The notes under the pieces: model-generated | Seen by the model: the letters and a program-made list of their open reading frames with translations, nothing else | Database searches by the model: none | What the model was told of the DNA's origin: nothing | Shown here: piece by piece, positions 49,808 to 58,968 of the stretch | Layout: each line of letters starts with the position of its first letter | Numbering within the stretch: position 1 is the stretch's first letter | Translations under genes and position numbers: made by a program | Assembly (NCBI GenBank): GCA_016202695.1 | Contig: JACQOE010000055.1 | Coordinates: 37,202 to 101,201 of the forward strand | Direction of reading: 5' to 3' | Length of the DNA: 64,000 nt | Source: Pseudomonadota bacterium | GTDB taxonomy: Bacteria; Pseudomonadota; Alphaproteobacteria; JACQOE01

Positions 49808-49959
49808 GATCGTTTCCTCCCTTCGCGACGTGGGCTTGTATGGGGCCGAGCCTAGCCGATGGCGGCCCGCCGGACGAGGGGGTCGCGGGCGGGGGGCGGC
49901 CGCCGGACGGGATGCCGGGGCGATCGCCGCGTCGACGCCAGACCGGCGCCGCGGGGCGA

Positions 49960-50367
49960 TCATTCGGGCGCGATCAGACGCAATTTGGCGAAATAGGTGC
50001 GATAGCGCCGCGCGTCGCGGGTCAGCAGCCGGTATCCGGCGACGGCGGCATGGGCGCCGACAAAAAAATCCGGCAGCGGCGAGCGCCTGATCCCGCCCCG
50101 CCGCCGATAGGCGGAGAACACCTTGCCGGCCAGGAACGCGGCCTCGAAAGGGATCGGTTCGCGCTCGAAGGCCGGCCTGGGCAGGGCCTCCTCGAGGTCC
50201 TCGATCCGGGAGAAGCGGACCGAAACCTCGGCATAGATCACCGGATTGATGACCAGGCGCGCGGTTTCCGCCGCCGTCGCCAGCGCCCCGCTCGACCACG
50301 GGAACCAGCGGGCGTCCTCAGTCATGACGTCGAGCAGCACGTTGCTGTCGACCAGGACCGCAGTCAT
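49960..50367 (-). CDS. vapC: Type II toxin VapC (PIN-domain ribonuclease)
   Basis: 135 aa; VLVDSNVLLD N-terminal acidic motif plus later acidic residues; 4-nt overlap with the upstream antitoxin. Confidence 0.85.
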   Translation of the reverse strand: MTAVLVDSNVLLDVMTEDARWFPWSSGALATAAETARLVINPVIYAEVSVRFSRIEDLEEALPRPAFEREPIPFEAAFLAGKVFSAYRRRGGIRRSPLPDFFVGAHAAVAGYRLLTRDARRYRTYFAKLRLIAPE

Positions 50368-50597
50368 GGCTCGCGGGTGAGGGCCATGATGGCGTCGGTG
50401 CTCAGGGCGACGTCGCCGCGCCCGCGCAGGCGGGCGACGATTCGCGCGCCGCGGCCGGCCTTCCTCCCGGTCTTCGCCCGCCGGATTCGAACCGTCTTGC
50501 CGTCGTATGCGAACTCGACCTCGGTATGGGGCAAAAGGCCCGCGCGCTCGCGAATCTCGGCCGGTATGGTGACCTGTCCCTTGGAAGTGATGCGCAT
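50364..50597 (-). CDS. vapB: Type II antitoxin VapB (AbrB/SpoVT-type)
   Basis: MRITSKGQVTIPAEIRE swapped-hairpin DNA-binding motif. 77 aa. AAGGAG RBS 7 nt upstream. Confidence 0.85.
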   Translation of the reverse strand: MRITSKGQVTIPAEIRERAGLLPHTEVEFAYDGKTVRIRRAKTGRKAGRGARIVARLRGRGDVALSTDAIMALTREP

Positions 50598-50598
50598 C

Positions 50599-50638
50599 GG
50601 CAACTCCTTACTCTTACCGGTAAGAGTAAGGAGTTGCC
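50599..50638. promoter_or_regulatory. Perfect 40-bp palindrome abutting the vapB start codon and containing its Shine-Dalgarno sequence
   Basis: GGCAACTCCTTACTCTTACCGGTAAGAGTAAGGAGTTGCC equals its own reverse complement (checked base by base). It ends 1 nt from the vapB ATG. Confidence 0.7.
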
Positions 50639-51083
50639 TGGCCGCCATCAAGCCCGGGAGCGAGGCGCGAAGAATGATGCAGAAGTATAGGGAATTTGTG
50701 TGTCCCGATTTTCCCGCAACGATGCGCCCTTCTGGATCAATCTCCAGGCCCGATACGGCTTGGCCGTTGCCATGCGGGATGTCGGCCGACGAGTCGCGCG
50801 CAAGGTGGAAGAAGCGGCGTGATCCCGGGTTTCGTTGACGACGAGACCCATGCCGGCTCGTCGGTGCGATCGTCATCGCGAGGAGGCGTAGCCGACGACG
50901 CGATCCAAGGCCCGGCATCGGAACAGCGGCCCGCCGCCCGTAGGCTCTGGGCCGCGAGGCGCGGCTCTGGATCGCTTCCCCCTTAGCTAAGGCTCGGAGG
51001 TCGCGATAACCGAAGCGATGGGCATGGGTTCACGTCGTCGAGACTTGGTATGAGGCCGAACTCCCTCTCCGAGGGCCGCGGAT

Positions 51084-52202
51084 TCATCGAGGGCCGAAAC
51101 CTTGCGGCACAAGGCCAAGGCTGTTTATCGATTCGTTGACCGACTCCAGCGCCTCGTGCACCTGCAACACTTCCTTGTAATCCCAATATTTCAGCCTATC
51201 GCGCAAATGCGCCACCGCGGTGGCATCCTTCTTGATCCGCTCGATTTGTGCCGCATCTGAAACCGCCACGACCCCCTGAACAGCAGGATTGTTAAGTGAC
51301 CTAATGAGATTAAGAATTAGGCTGTCGATAGAGCCCTTCATCTGCACTTCAAAAACATAAATCACGCGACCCAAATTTCCGATAGTTGCTTCCCAGACCG
51401 TATCGACCTTGGCCCCGTCGGCCACTTTGACCTCCGTCGTCGCACTGAAACCAAGCCACACGCCGATCTCCGCCAACTTGTCTCGCACCTCGTTGTGCAG
51501 AGAGTCGCCCGCAGCTTCCGGCTTCGTTATCTCCTCCGGTTCTCTTGCCCCAACCGCTGCGGCTTTCTCTTTCTTATGAATCTGGCTGAGGTTGTCCTCA
51601 ACCTGCAATTCGTCCCAGATGAAGTAATCTACGGTCAGCAGGTTCGCGTCGGAAATTCCTTCCTTTTGCATCTCCTGGGCAATTGCCTTCGCGATATCGC
51701 ATAGATCTTGATATCGCTTTCCTGTCACCTGGTAGTTGTAACGAGGCAGGTCGTCCAGACCGAGATGGCGCAACCCGACGTAGGCGCGCCGATTCCAAAG
51801 CATGTACTCCTCGGGATGCGAATGGCAGAGAATCTCACTGATCATCGCCGGACCTATGCCCTTGATGGCTGAACGGAAGCGGTCCCAGCGCTGTTCGGTT
51901 GATGTCTCTCCCCAGACCAGTTCGGCCAACTCGTCCTTGACCTTCTTGAGGCCATGTTCCTGGACCAGTTTGTCGACCACATACTTCTTGTTTCCCCAGA
52001 TGAGCATTGCCCATAGCTTGGCGATGTATTCGTAGAGATCGCCCTCGCTCATGGCGCGAATCTCGTCGGCGGTCTGGGCCTTGTAATACGCAACGCGCTC
52101 GGCGCGCTCCGCCTTATCGCGCTCGGCGGATATTGGGTCCTTACCGAGCTTCGCTTTCCAATCCCGAAGGTGCTTGCGTAGGAGCTCAATATCGAGGTTC
52201 AT
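51084..52202 (-). CDS. Low-GC orphan protein: N-terminal helix-hairpin-helix-like domain plus a C-terminal restriction-endonuclease-like (PD-(D/E)xK-type) signature
   Basis: 372-aa uninterrupted ORF with a GGAGGACGAT RBS. IKGIGPAMISEIL HhH-like motif. C-terminal VDTVWE...YVFEVQMKGSIDSLILNL block. Composition clearly more AT-rich than the flanks. Confidence 0.6.
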   Translation of the reverse strand: MNLDIELLRKHLRDWKAKLGKDPISAERDKAERAERVAYYKAQTADEIRAMSEGDLYEYIAKLWAMLIWGNKKYVVDKLVQEHGLKKVKDELAELVWGETSTEQRWDRFRSAIKGIGPAMISEILCHSHPEEYMLWNRRAYVGLRHLGLDDLPRYNYQVTGKRYQDLCDIAKAIAQEMQKEGISDANLLTVDYFIWDELQVEDNLSQIHKKEKAAAVGAREPEEITKPEAAGDSLHNEVRDKLAEIGVWLGFSATTEVKVADGAKVDTVWEATIGNLGRVIYVFEVQMKGSIDSLILNLIRSLNNPAVQGVVAVSDAAQIERIKKDATAVAHLRDRLKYWDYKEVLQVHEALESVNESINSLGLVPQGFGPR

Positions 52203-52223
52203 ATCGTCCTCCCCCTACTTCCC

Positions 52224-53741
52224 CTACTTCACCACCACGCAGTTGCGGCCCAGGTCCTTGGCCATGTAGAGGGCGGAGTCGGCCCGCTCCAGCGCCTGGC
52301 TTAAGTTCTCGTCGCCGGCCTGGATGTCGGTCACGCCGACGCTCAGCGAAAGGGCCACCCCGGGCTGGGGCAGCACGTCCTTGAGGGCGGAGATGGAGGC
52401 CAAGAGCCGCTCGGCCACCCGCCCGGCGGCGTCGCGGTCGGTCTCGGGCATGAGCACCGCGAACTCGTCGCCGCCCAGGCGCCCGATCAGGTCGTGCTCG
52501 CGCAGCCGCTCGCGGAAGGCGTCGGCAATCCGCCGCAGCGCCACGTCGCCGGCGACGTGGCCGAAGGAGTCGTTGATCGCCTTGAAGTTGTCGAAGTCGA
52601 TCACCAGCAGCGCGCCGGAGCGGCGGTAGCGCCGGGCGCGGGCGAATTCGCGCTCGGCCAGATCGAGGAACCGGCGCCGGTTGAACACGCCCGTCAGCGC
52701 GTCGGTGGTGGCCTGGCGGCGCAGCTCCTGCTCGGTGCGCTTGCGCTCGGTCACGTCGGCGATGGTGGCCAGCACCACCGGCTCCTCGCCGAAGGCGACC
52801 CGCCGCCAGGCGGTCTCGGCCCAGAACGGCTGCCCGGCCCTGGTCTTGAGCGGAAGCTCGAGATCCTCGACGATCTCGCGCGCGTTCAGCCGGCGTGCGA
52901 TCTCCACGTATCCCGCGCGATCGGCGAAGAAGTCGGCGACCGACGCCCCGGCCGCCGGCACGGTGCCGGTGCCGAACACCTCGGCGGCGCGGCGGTTCAT
53001 GAAGTAGAGGGCGCCGTCGGCAAGCCGGGCGATCACCATCGGCACCGGCGAGGCGTCGATGACGCGGAGCACCCGCTCGTGGTTCTCGCGCGCCTCCACC
53101 CCCGCGCTCTCGGCGCGCCGGATCACCCCCCGCATCACCGCCACGATCAGCGCCGTCCCGACCGCCAGCATGAGGGCGTGCGAGGTGACCAGGCCCCAGG
53201 GCAGGAGCCAGGCTACGTCGCGGACCAGCGGATGGGTAAGCCGGTGCACCCCCCAGGCGAGGAAGGCGATGCCGGCGAGCCGCCCGTGCCCGGCGCCGGC
53301 GGCCTCGGCCTTGAGCCAGAGCGCCCCGGCCGCGATCGCGGCCCCGCCCGCGAGCGGCGCCAGCGCCCAGGCGCGAAGGGCAATGCCGTCGTCGAGGGCG
53401 AGGACCGCGAACGCCGACCCGCCGCTCGCCGCCGCCCAGAGCGCGCCAAGAGCCCACCACCACGGCCGCCGGCCGAGGAAGACGAGCGTGCCGGCGAGGA
53501 GCGCGAGCAGGCTCGCGAGATGGACCGAATCGAAGGCGATCACCGCCATCGGATGGCCGACTAGGCCGCGGAACAGGAACGCCCCATAGCCGAGCGCATG
53601 GCCGAGGATCCCCGCCCCCCACCACCGCAGCCCGCGTCCGTGGCTCCGGCAGGTGCCCGCGCCGAGATAGAAAAGGAGCGGCGCCACCACCAGGCTCGCC
53701 AGGATGAGCGTCACCACCGCGGTGTCGTGGGACAGGGGCAT
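52224..53741 (-). CDS. Membrane-anchored PAS-GGDEF diguanylate cyclase
   Basis: About 7 N-terminal TM segments and a PAS-like middle region. Active-site GGDEF with an RxxD I-site 5 residues upstream (REHDLIGRLGGDEF). Confidence 0.85.
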   Translation of the reverse strand: MPLSHDTAVVTLILASLVVAPLLFYLGAGTCRSHGRGLRWWGAGILGHALGYGAFLFRGLVGHPMAVIAFDSVHLASLLALLAGTLVFLGRRPWWWALGALWAAASGGSAFAVLALDDGIALRAWALAPLAGGAAIAAGALWLKAEAAGAGHGRLAGIAFLAWGVHRLTHPLVRDVAWLLPWGLVTSHALMLAVGTALIVAVMRGVIRRAESAGVEARENHERVLRVIDASPVPMVIARLADGALYFMNRRAAEVFGTGTVPAAGASVADFFADRAGYVEIARRLNAREIVEDLELPLKTRAGQPFWAETAWRRVAFGEEPVVLATIADVTERKRTEQELRRQATTDALTGVFNRRRFLDLAEREFARARRYRRSGALLVIDFDNFKAINDSFGHVAGDVALRRIADAFRERLREHDLIGRLGGDEFAVLMPETDRDAAGRVAERLLASISALKDVLPQPGVALSLSVGVTDIQAGDENLSQALERADSALYMAKDLGRNCVVVK

Positions 53742-53863
53742 GGGCCCTTATAGTGGCCCGGCCGACGTTTGCGAAGGGGCCGCGCGAGCCGCTTGCGTCG
53801 CAACCGCCCGCGCGCCACACTCCCGCCCACTCCATTACCGTCCCGGAAAGAGAGGCGAACGCC

Positions 53864-54943
53864 ATGGACCGAATCGACCTTAGAAGCGACACCGTCACCC
53901 TGCCCACCCAGGCCATGCGCGAGGCGATGGCCAAAGCCGAGGTCGGCGACGACGGCCGCGAGGGCGACCCCACGGTCCGCCGCCTCGAGGAGAAGGCGGC
54001 GGCGATCACCGGCAAGGAGGCCGGGCTGTTCGTGGTCTCCGGCACCATGGGCAACTCGGTGGCGATGTTCGCCCACACCAACCGCGCCGCCGGCACCGTG
54101 CTGCTCGACGAGAAGAGCCACATCCTGCGCTCCGAGATGGGGGCGATCGCGACCCTGGCCGGCCTCTTCTTCAAGATCGTACCGGCGAAGCGCGGGGCGA
54201 TGGACCTCGACCGCCTGGCCGAGGCCATCCAGTCATCCTTGAGCGAGGGCGAGCTCCCGACCCTGATGATCGAGATGGAGACCACCCACAACGGCGCCGG
54301 CGGCACCGTGCTCGCGCCCGAGCACATGCAGGCCGTCTTTGCGCTGGCGAAGAAGCACGGGATTCCGGTGCACACCGACGGCGCCCGCTTCTTCAACGCC
54401 GCGGTCAAGCTCGGCGTCAGGCCGAGCGAGCTCGCCCGCCACACCGATTCGATCAGCTTCTGCCTGTCCAAGGGCCTGAGCGCGCCGGTCGGCTCGGTCA
54501 TCGTCGGCTCGAAGGCCTACATCCAGCGCGCCCGCGCCTGGCGCCGCATGCTCGGCGGCACGCTTCGCCAGGCGGGCATCATCGCCGCCGCCGGCATCAT
54601 CGCGCTGGAGACCATGATCGACCGCCTGGCCGAGGACCACGAGAGCGCCAGACGCCTGGCCGAGGGCATCCACGACGTCGATCCCTCGCTCGTCGATCCC
54701 CGCTCGGTAGAGACCAACATCGTCATGCTCGATTTCCAGAAGAGCGGGCGCGGCGCACGCGAGTGGGCCGAGGCGCTGAATGCCAACGGCCTCTGGGTCC
54801 GGCCCGGCGGCGCCACGCGGATGCGCCTCGTCACCCATCGCCACATCGGCAAGGCCGAGGTCGAGCGTGCCATAGCCGCCTTCGCCAAGGTGTCCAAGGA
54901 GCTTCGCGCCCGCACACCGGTGCGGGCGGTGGCCGGGGAGTAG
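53864..54943 (+). CDS. ltaE: Low-specificity L-threonine aldolase (PLP, beta-eliminating lyase family)
   Basis: Start at ATG 53864 gives MDRIDLRSDTVTLPT. SKGLSAPVGS PLP-lysine context. Confidence 0.8.
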   Translation: MDRIDLRSDTVTLPTQAMREAMAKAEVGDDGREGDPTVRRLEEKAAAITGKEAGLFVVSGTMGNSVAMFAHTNRAAGTVLLDEKSHILRSEMGAIATLAGLFFKIVPAKRGAMDLDRLAEAIQSSLSEGELPTLMIEMETTHNGAGGTVLAPEHMQAVFALAKKHGIPVHTDGARFFNAAVKLGVRPSELARHTDSISFCLSKGLSAPVGSVIVGSKAYIQRARAWRRMLGGTLRQAGIIAAAGIIALETMIDRLAEDHESARRLAEGIHDVDPSLVDPRSVETNIVMLDFQKSGRGAREWAEALNANGLWVRPGGATRMRLVTHRHIGKAEVERAIAAFAKVSKELRARTPVRAVAGE

Positions 54944-54950
54944 GCGGCGG

Positions 54951-55994
54951 ATGCGAGTCCTCTCCGAGGCCGAGACCCGCGAGCTCCTCACCGTCGAGGC
55001 TGCCTTCCGGGTGGTGGAGGCGGCCTACCGCGAGTACGGGCTCTTCGGCACCGTGCTCGCCAACCCCTCGGCGGCGGTGATGTTCGTTCCCGCCGACCCG
55101 CCGGCTATCTTCATCAACAAGATGGCGATGCTGCCCGGCCAGGGCGTGGCCGGCATGCGCTTCGGCATGCAGTTCGGCAGCTACTACTGCCTGGTGAGCG
55201 AGGCCCGCACCGGCAAGGCGATCGGGCTCGTCGACGAGACCTGGAGCTACCGCCGCCGGGTGGGCGCGACCGCGGCGGTGAGCGCGAAATACCTTGCGCC
55301 CAAGAGGGTAAAGCGGATCGGCCTCATCGGCGCCGGCCAGCTCAACGAGGAAGTCTACCTGATGATGCCCCACGCCTTCCCCGGGGCCGAGTTCCGCGTC
55401 TCCTCGCGCACCCTCGACGGCGCCAGGGACTTCGCCAGGCGGCTCGGGACCAACCGGCGCCCGCCGCTGATCCCGGTCGCCACCGCCGAGGAGGCGGCGC
55501 GGGACGCCGACATCGTGGTGACCATCACCCTCGCCCAGGCGCCGATGATCAGGCCGGGAATGCTTAAGGCGGGCGCGCTGATGCTCTCCATGGGCGGCGT
55601 GGCCGAGATTACCTTCGAGTGCCTGCCCGAGTTCGGCACCGTGGTGGTGGACGACCTCGACTACGCCCTCCTTCGCGGCGACTTCGCCGCCTGGGTCAAC
55701 GCCGGGCTGATGACCAGGGAGCAGGTGGTCGAGCGCATCGACGCCAACATCGGCGAGGTGGTGGCGGGAAGGAAGCCCGGGCGCAGAAGCGCGGGCGAGC
55801 GGGTGCTGGGCGTGATCCAGGGCATGGCCCACTGCGACGTGGCCTGCGCCAAATACTGCCTGGAGGAGGCCGCGCGCCGCGGCCTCGGCACCGTGGTCGA
55901 GTCGATCGCCCAATCGGCCGGGCGGGATCCGGCCAAGGGGGCGAAGAGCGCCGCCTTCGTCACCGCCGGGCTCAGGAGATCGCGCGGGATTTAG
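54951..55994 (+). CDS. Ornithine cyclodeaminase/mu-crystallin family NAD(P) enzyme
   Basis: 347 aa, GLIGAGQL Rossmann motif, family-typical N-terminus. Confidence 0.8.
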   Translation: MRVLSEAETRELLTVEAAFRVVEAAYREYGLFGTVLANPSAAVMFVPADPPAIFINKMAMLPGQGVAGMRFGMQFGSYYCLVSEARTGKAIGLVDETWSYRRRVGATAAVSAKYLAPKRVKRIGLIGAGQLNEEVYLMMPHAFPGAEFRVSSRTLDGARDFARRLGTNRRPPLIPVATAEEAARDADIVVTITLAQAPMIRPGMLKAGALMLSMGGVAEITFECLPEFGTVVVDDLDYALLRGDFAAWVNAGLMTREQVVERIDANIGEVVAGRKPGRRSAGERVLGVIQGMAHCDVACAKYCLEEAARRGLGTVVESIAQSAGRDPAKGAKSAAFVTAGLRRSRGI

Positions 55995-56023
55995 AGCATG
56001 ATATCCCCGTCTGGAGGACCGCC

Positions 56024-56410
56024 ATGCACCGCAAGTTCAGCCCCGCCACGCTCGCCCCACCGGGCTCGGGCAACCACCACGGCGTCGAGGTCGCGCCGGG
56101 CGCGCGCTGGCTGATGATGTCGGGCCAGGTCGCGCGCCGGCGCGATGGCACCATCGCCGAAGGCATCGAGGCCCAGATCGAGCAGTGCTGGCAGAACGTC
56201 CGCGCCATCCTCGCCGAGGGCGGCATGGGGCTCGAGGACGTGGTCAAGATCACCACCTACCTCACCCACCGCGAGGACGGGCCCGCCTACCGGGCGGCGA
56301 TGAAGCGGCACCTCGGCGAGCTCCGCCCGCCCAGCACCATGGTGCTGGTGGCCGGCTTGGCGCTGCCCGAGATGCGGGTCGAGATCGACGTCGTCGCCGC
56401 CCGCGCCTGA
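56024..56410 (+). CDS. RidA/YjgF-family enamine/imine deaminase-like protein
   Basis: 128 aa from ATG 56024 (GGAGGA RBS). The C-terminal VEIDVVA motif is typical of the family. Confidence 0.75.
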   Translation: MHRKFSPATLAPPGSGNHHGVEVAPGARWLMMSGQVARRRDGTIAEGIEAQIEQCWQNVRAILAEGGMGLEDVVKITTYLTHREDGPAYRAAMKRHLGELRPPSTMVLVAGLALPEMRVEIDVVAARA

Positions 56411-56452
56411 GCGCCGGTCCGTCGCCCACGCGCCCGCCCACCTCCCCGCCCC

Positions 56453-56887
56453 TCACTCCAGCGGCACCGGGCGCTTCCGGCGGTCCTCGTCGATGGCGCA
56501 GAAGGTGAAGTGGCCCTCGGTCACCTTGACGATGCCGCTGCCGTCGCGGCGCTCGGCCCAGGCCTGCACGAGATAGGTGAGCGAGCTCGTCCCCACCCGG
56601 TCGAGCATGGCGTAGAAGCTCACCAAATCGCCGACGTGGACCGGGTGGCGGAAGCTGAAGCGGTCCACGCCGACGGTGGCCACCCGGCCGCGCGCCCGCC
56701 GCATCGCCGCCGAGCCCCCGGCCTGGTCCATCAGCGCCAGGAGCCAGCCGCCGAAGATGTCGCCGAAGGGGTTGGTGTCGCGCGGCATGGCGACCACGCG
56801 GAGCGTCGGCTCGCCGGCGGGCGGGGCGTCGGCGGCGGAGGCCCCGGCGGGGGCGGACCGAGGGGTAGCGGGCATCGGCTTCTCCAC
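56453..56887 (-). CDS. Hotdog-fold acyl-CoA thioesterase (YciA-like)
   Basis: MPRDTNPFGDIFGGWLLALMD motif; 144 aa. Confidence 0.8.
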   Translation of the reverse strand: MEKPMPATPRSAPAGASAADAPPAGEPTLRVVAMPRDTNPFGDIFGGWLLALMDQAGGSAAMRRARGRVATVGVDRFSFRHPVHVGDLVSFYAMLDRVGTSSLTYLVQAWAERRDGSGIVKVTEGHFTFCAIDEDRRKRPVPLE

Positions 56888-56936
56888 TACATCTTGTTTG
56901 AGGGACTTGGTCTATCTACTGTATAGTCCGCGCGTC

Positions 56937-58958
56937 ATGCAACGGAACAGGAACGAGCGCCCGTCCCCCGACCTCTTCGCCGGGATCGAGAAGGGCGAGG
57001 GCAAGGGGAGCGGCGGCGCCTACACCGCCCGCGACATCGAGGTGCTGGAGGGGCTGGAGCCGGTCCGCCGGCGCCCCGGCATGTACATCGGCGGCACCGA
57101 CGAGCGGGCCATGCACCACCTGGTGGCCGAGGCCCTGGACAACGCCATGGACGAGGCGGTCGCCGGCCACGCCAGCCGGATCGAGGTCGGCTTGGCCAGG
57201 GACGGCACCGTCACGGTCGCCGACAACGGCCGCGGCATCCCCGTCGATCCCCACCCCAAGTTCAAGAAGCCGGCGGTGGAGATCATCCTCACCACGCTCC
57301 ACTCGGGCGGCAAGTTCACCGACAAGGTCTACAAGACCGCGGGCGGCCTGCACGGGGTCGGCATCTCGGTGGTGAACGCGCTCTCGGAGTCGCTCACCGT
57401 CGAGGTCGCGCGCGAGCGGCGGCTGTGGGTGCAGAGCTACAGCCGCGGCGCGGCAAAGACCAGGCTCAAGGACATGGGCGCGGTCAGCAACCGGCGGGGC
57501 ACCACCATCCGTTTCCGGCCCGACCCGAAAATCTTCGGCGAGGCCGCGCGCTTCCGACCCGCCCTCGTCTACGGCATGGCCCGCTCCAAGGCGTATCTCT
57601 TCCGCGGCGTCGAGATCCGCTGGGCCTGCGCGCCCGAGCTCCTGAAGGGCGACGCGGCGACGCCGGCCGAGGCCGTGCTCCACTTCCCCGGCGGGCTCGC
57701 CGATTTCCTCGCCGAGACCGTAGGCGCGCGCGCCTGCGTGGTGCCGGTGCCGTTCCGCGGCGAGGCCAGGCTCAACGGCGACGGCGGCGCGGACGGCGAG
57801 GTGGCCTGGGCCGCGACCTGGGTGGAGGACGAGGAGGGCTTCGTCAACTCCTACTGCAACACCGTGCCGACGCCCCAGGGCGGCACCCACGAGGCGGGCT
57901 TCCGCTCGGCCCTCGCCAAGGGGATTCGCGCCTATGGCGAGCTGGTCGGCAACCGCCGCGCCGCGCAGGTCACGCCCGACGACGCGGTGGGGAGCGCCTG
58001 CGCCCTCCTCTCGCTCCTCCTTCCCAACCCGCAGTTCCAGGGCCAGACCAAGGAACGGCTCTCCAGCCCCGAGGCCACGCGGCTGGTGGAGACCACGGTC
58101 CGCGACCACTTCGACCACTGGCTCTCGGCCGACCCCGCCCGCGCCAACCTCCTGCTCGACCACGCCATCGCCCGGGCCGAGGACCGCCGGCGCCGGCGCG
58201 AGGCCAAGGAGACCGAGCGGAAATCCGCCACCCGCAGGCTCCGCCTTCCCGGCAAGCTCGCCGACTGCACCCGCACCGGCGCGCAAGGCACCGAGGTGTT
58301 CCTGGTCGAGGGCGATTCGGCCGGCGGCTCGGCCAAGCAGGCGCGGAACCGCGACACCCAGGCGGTGCTGCCGTTGCGCGGCAAGATTCTGAACGTGGCC
58401 GCGGCCTCGTCGGACAAGCTCGCCGGCAACCAGGAGCTCAAGGACCTGGTGGAGGCGCTGGGCTGCGGCACCCGCGGCGCCTACGACGGGGCGCGGCTGC
58501 GCTACGAGCGGGTGATCATCATGACGGATGCGGACGTGGACGGCGCCCACATCGCCTCGCTCCTGATGACCTTCTTCTTCCGCGAGATGCCGGGGCTGGT
58601 GACGGGCGGGCACCTCTACCTCGCCCAGCCGCCGCTCTATCGCCTGGCGCAGGGCGGCACCACCGCCTACGCCCGCGACGACGCCCACCGCGAGGAGCTG
58701 CTGCGGATCCTCTTCAAGGGCAAGACGACCGTCGAGGTGACCCGCTTCAAGGGCCTGGGCGAGATGCCGCCGATGCAGCTCAAGGAGACGACCATGGACC
58801 CCCGGAACCGGACGCTGCTCAGGGTGGAGATTCCCGACGGCGTGGGCGGCGAGGCTGTGGAGACGGCCAGGCTGGTGGAGGCGCTGATGGGCCGCAACCC
58901 CGAGCCCCGCTTCAGGTTCATCCAGGAGAAGGCGAAGTTCGTCGAGGTGGACGTGTGA
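56937..58958 (+). CDS. parE: DNA topoisomerase IV subunit B
   Basis: GHKL ATPase (LEGLEPVRRRPGMYIGG, EALDNAMDE, DNGRGIP), Toprim (EVFLVEGDSAGGSA) and the PLRGKILNV motif. 673 aa, without the GyrB-type insertion. Confidence 0.85.
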   Translation: MQRNRNERPSPDLFAGIEKGEGKGSGGAYTARDIEVLEGLEPVRRRPGMYIGGTDERAMHHLVAEALDNAMDEAVAGHASRIEVGLARDGTVTVADNGRGIPVDPHPKFKKPAVEIILTTLHSGGKFTDKVYKTAGGLHGVGISVVNALSESLTVEVARERRLWVQSYSRGAAKTRLKDMGAVSNRRGTTIRFRPDPKIFGEAARFRPALVYGMARSKAYLFRGVEIRWACAPELLKGDAATPAEAVLHFPGGLADFLAETVGARACVVPVPFRGEARLNGDGGADGEVAWAATWVEDEEGFVNSYCNTVPTPQGGTHEAGFRSALAKGIRAYGELVGNRRAAQVTPDDAVGSACALLSLLLPNPQFQGQTKERLSSPEATRLVETTVRDHFDHWLSADPARANLLLDHAIARAEDRRRRREAKETERKSATRRLRLPGKLADCTRTGAQGTEVFLVEGDSAGGSAKQARNRDTQAVLPLRGKILNVAAASSDKLAGNQELKDLVEALGCGTRGAYDGARLRYERVIIMTDADVDGAHIASLLMTFFFREMPGLVTGGHLYLAQPPLYRLAQGGTTAYARDDAHREELLRILFKGKTTVEVTRFKGLGEMPPMQLKETTMDPRNRTLLRVEIPDGVGGEAVETARLVEALMGRNPEPRFRFIQEKAKFVEVDV

Positions 58959-58968
58959 GGAAAACACC

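Noticed and set aside
50484-50494. GGATTCGAACC, the reverse complement of the tRNA T-loop consensus GGTTCGAATCC.
   Set aside because: It lies inside vapB, where it encodes TVRIR. The flanking bases cannot form a T-stem (GACGG versus CCGGC) or an acceptor stem, so it is not a tRNA or an att-site tRNA fragment.
50639-51083. 445-bp spacer between the low-GC gene and the vapB palindrome, checked for a decayed gene or small ORF (for example MMQKYREFVCPDFP...).
   Set aside because: No frame shows a recognisable motif or coding-like third-position bias. It most likely holds the vapBC promoter plus junk from the insertion. Not enough evidence to call a pseudogene.
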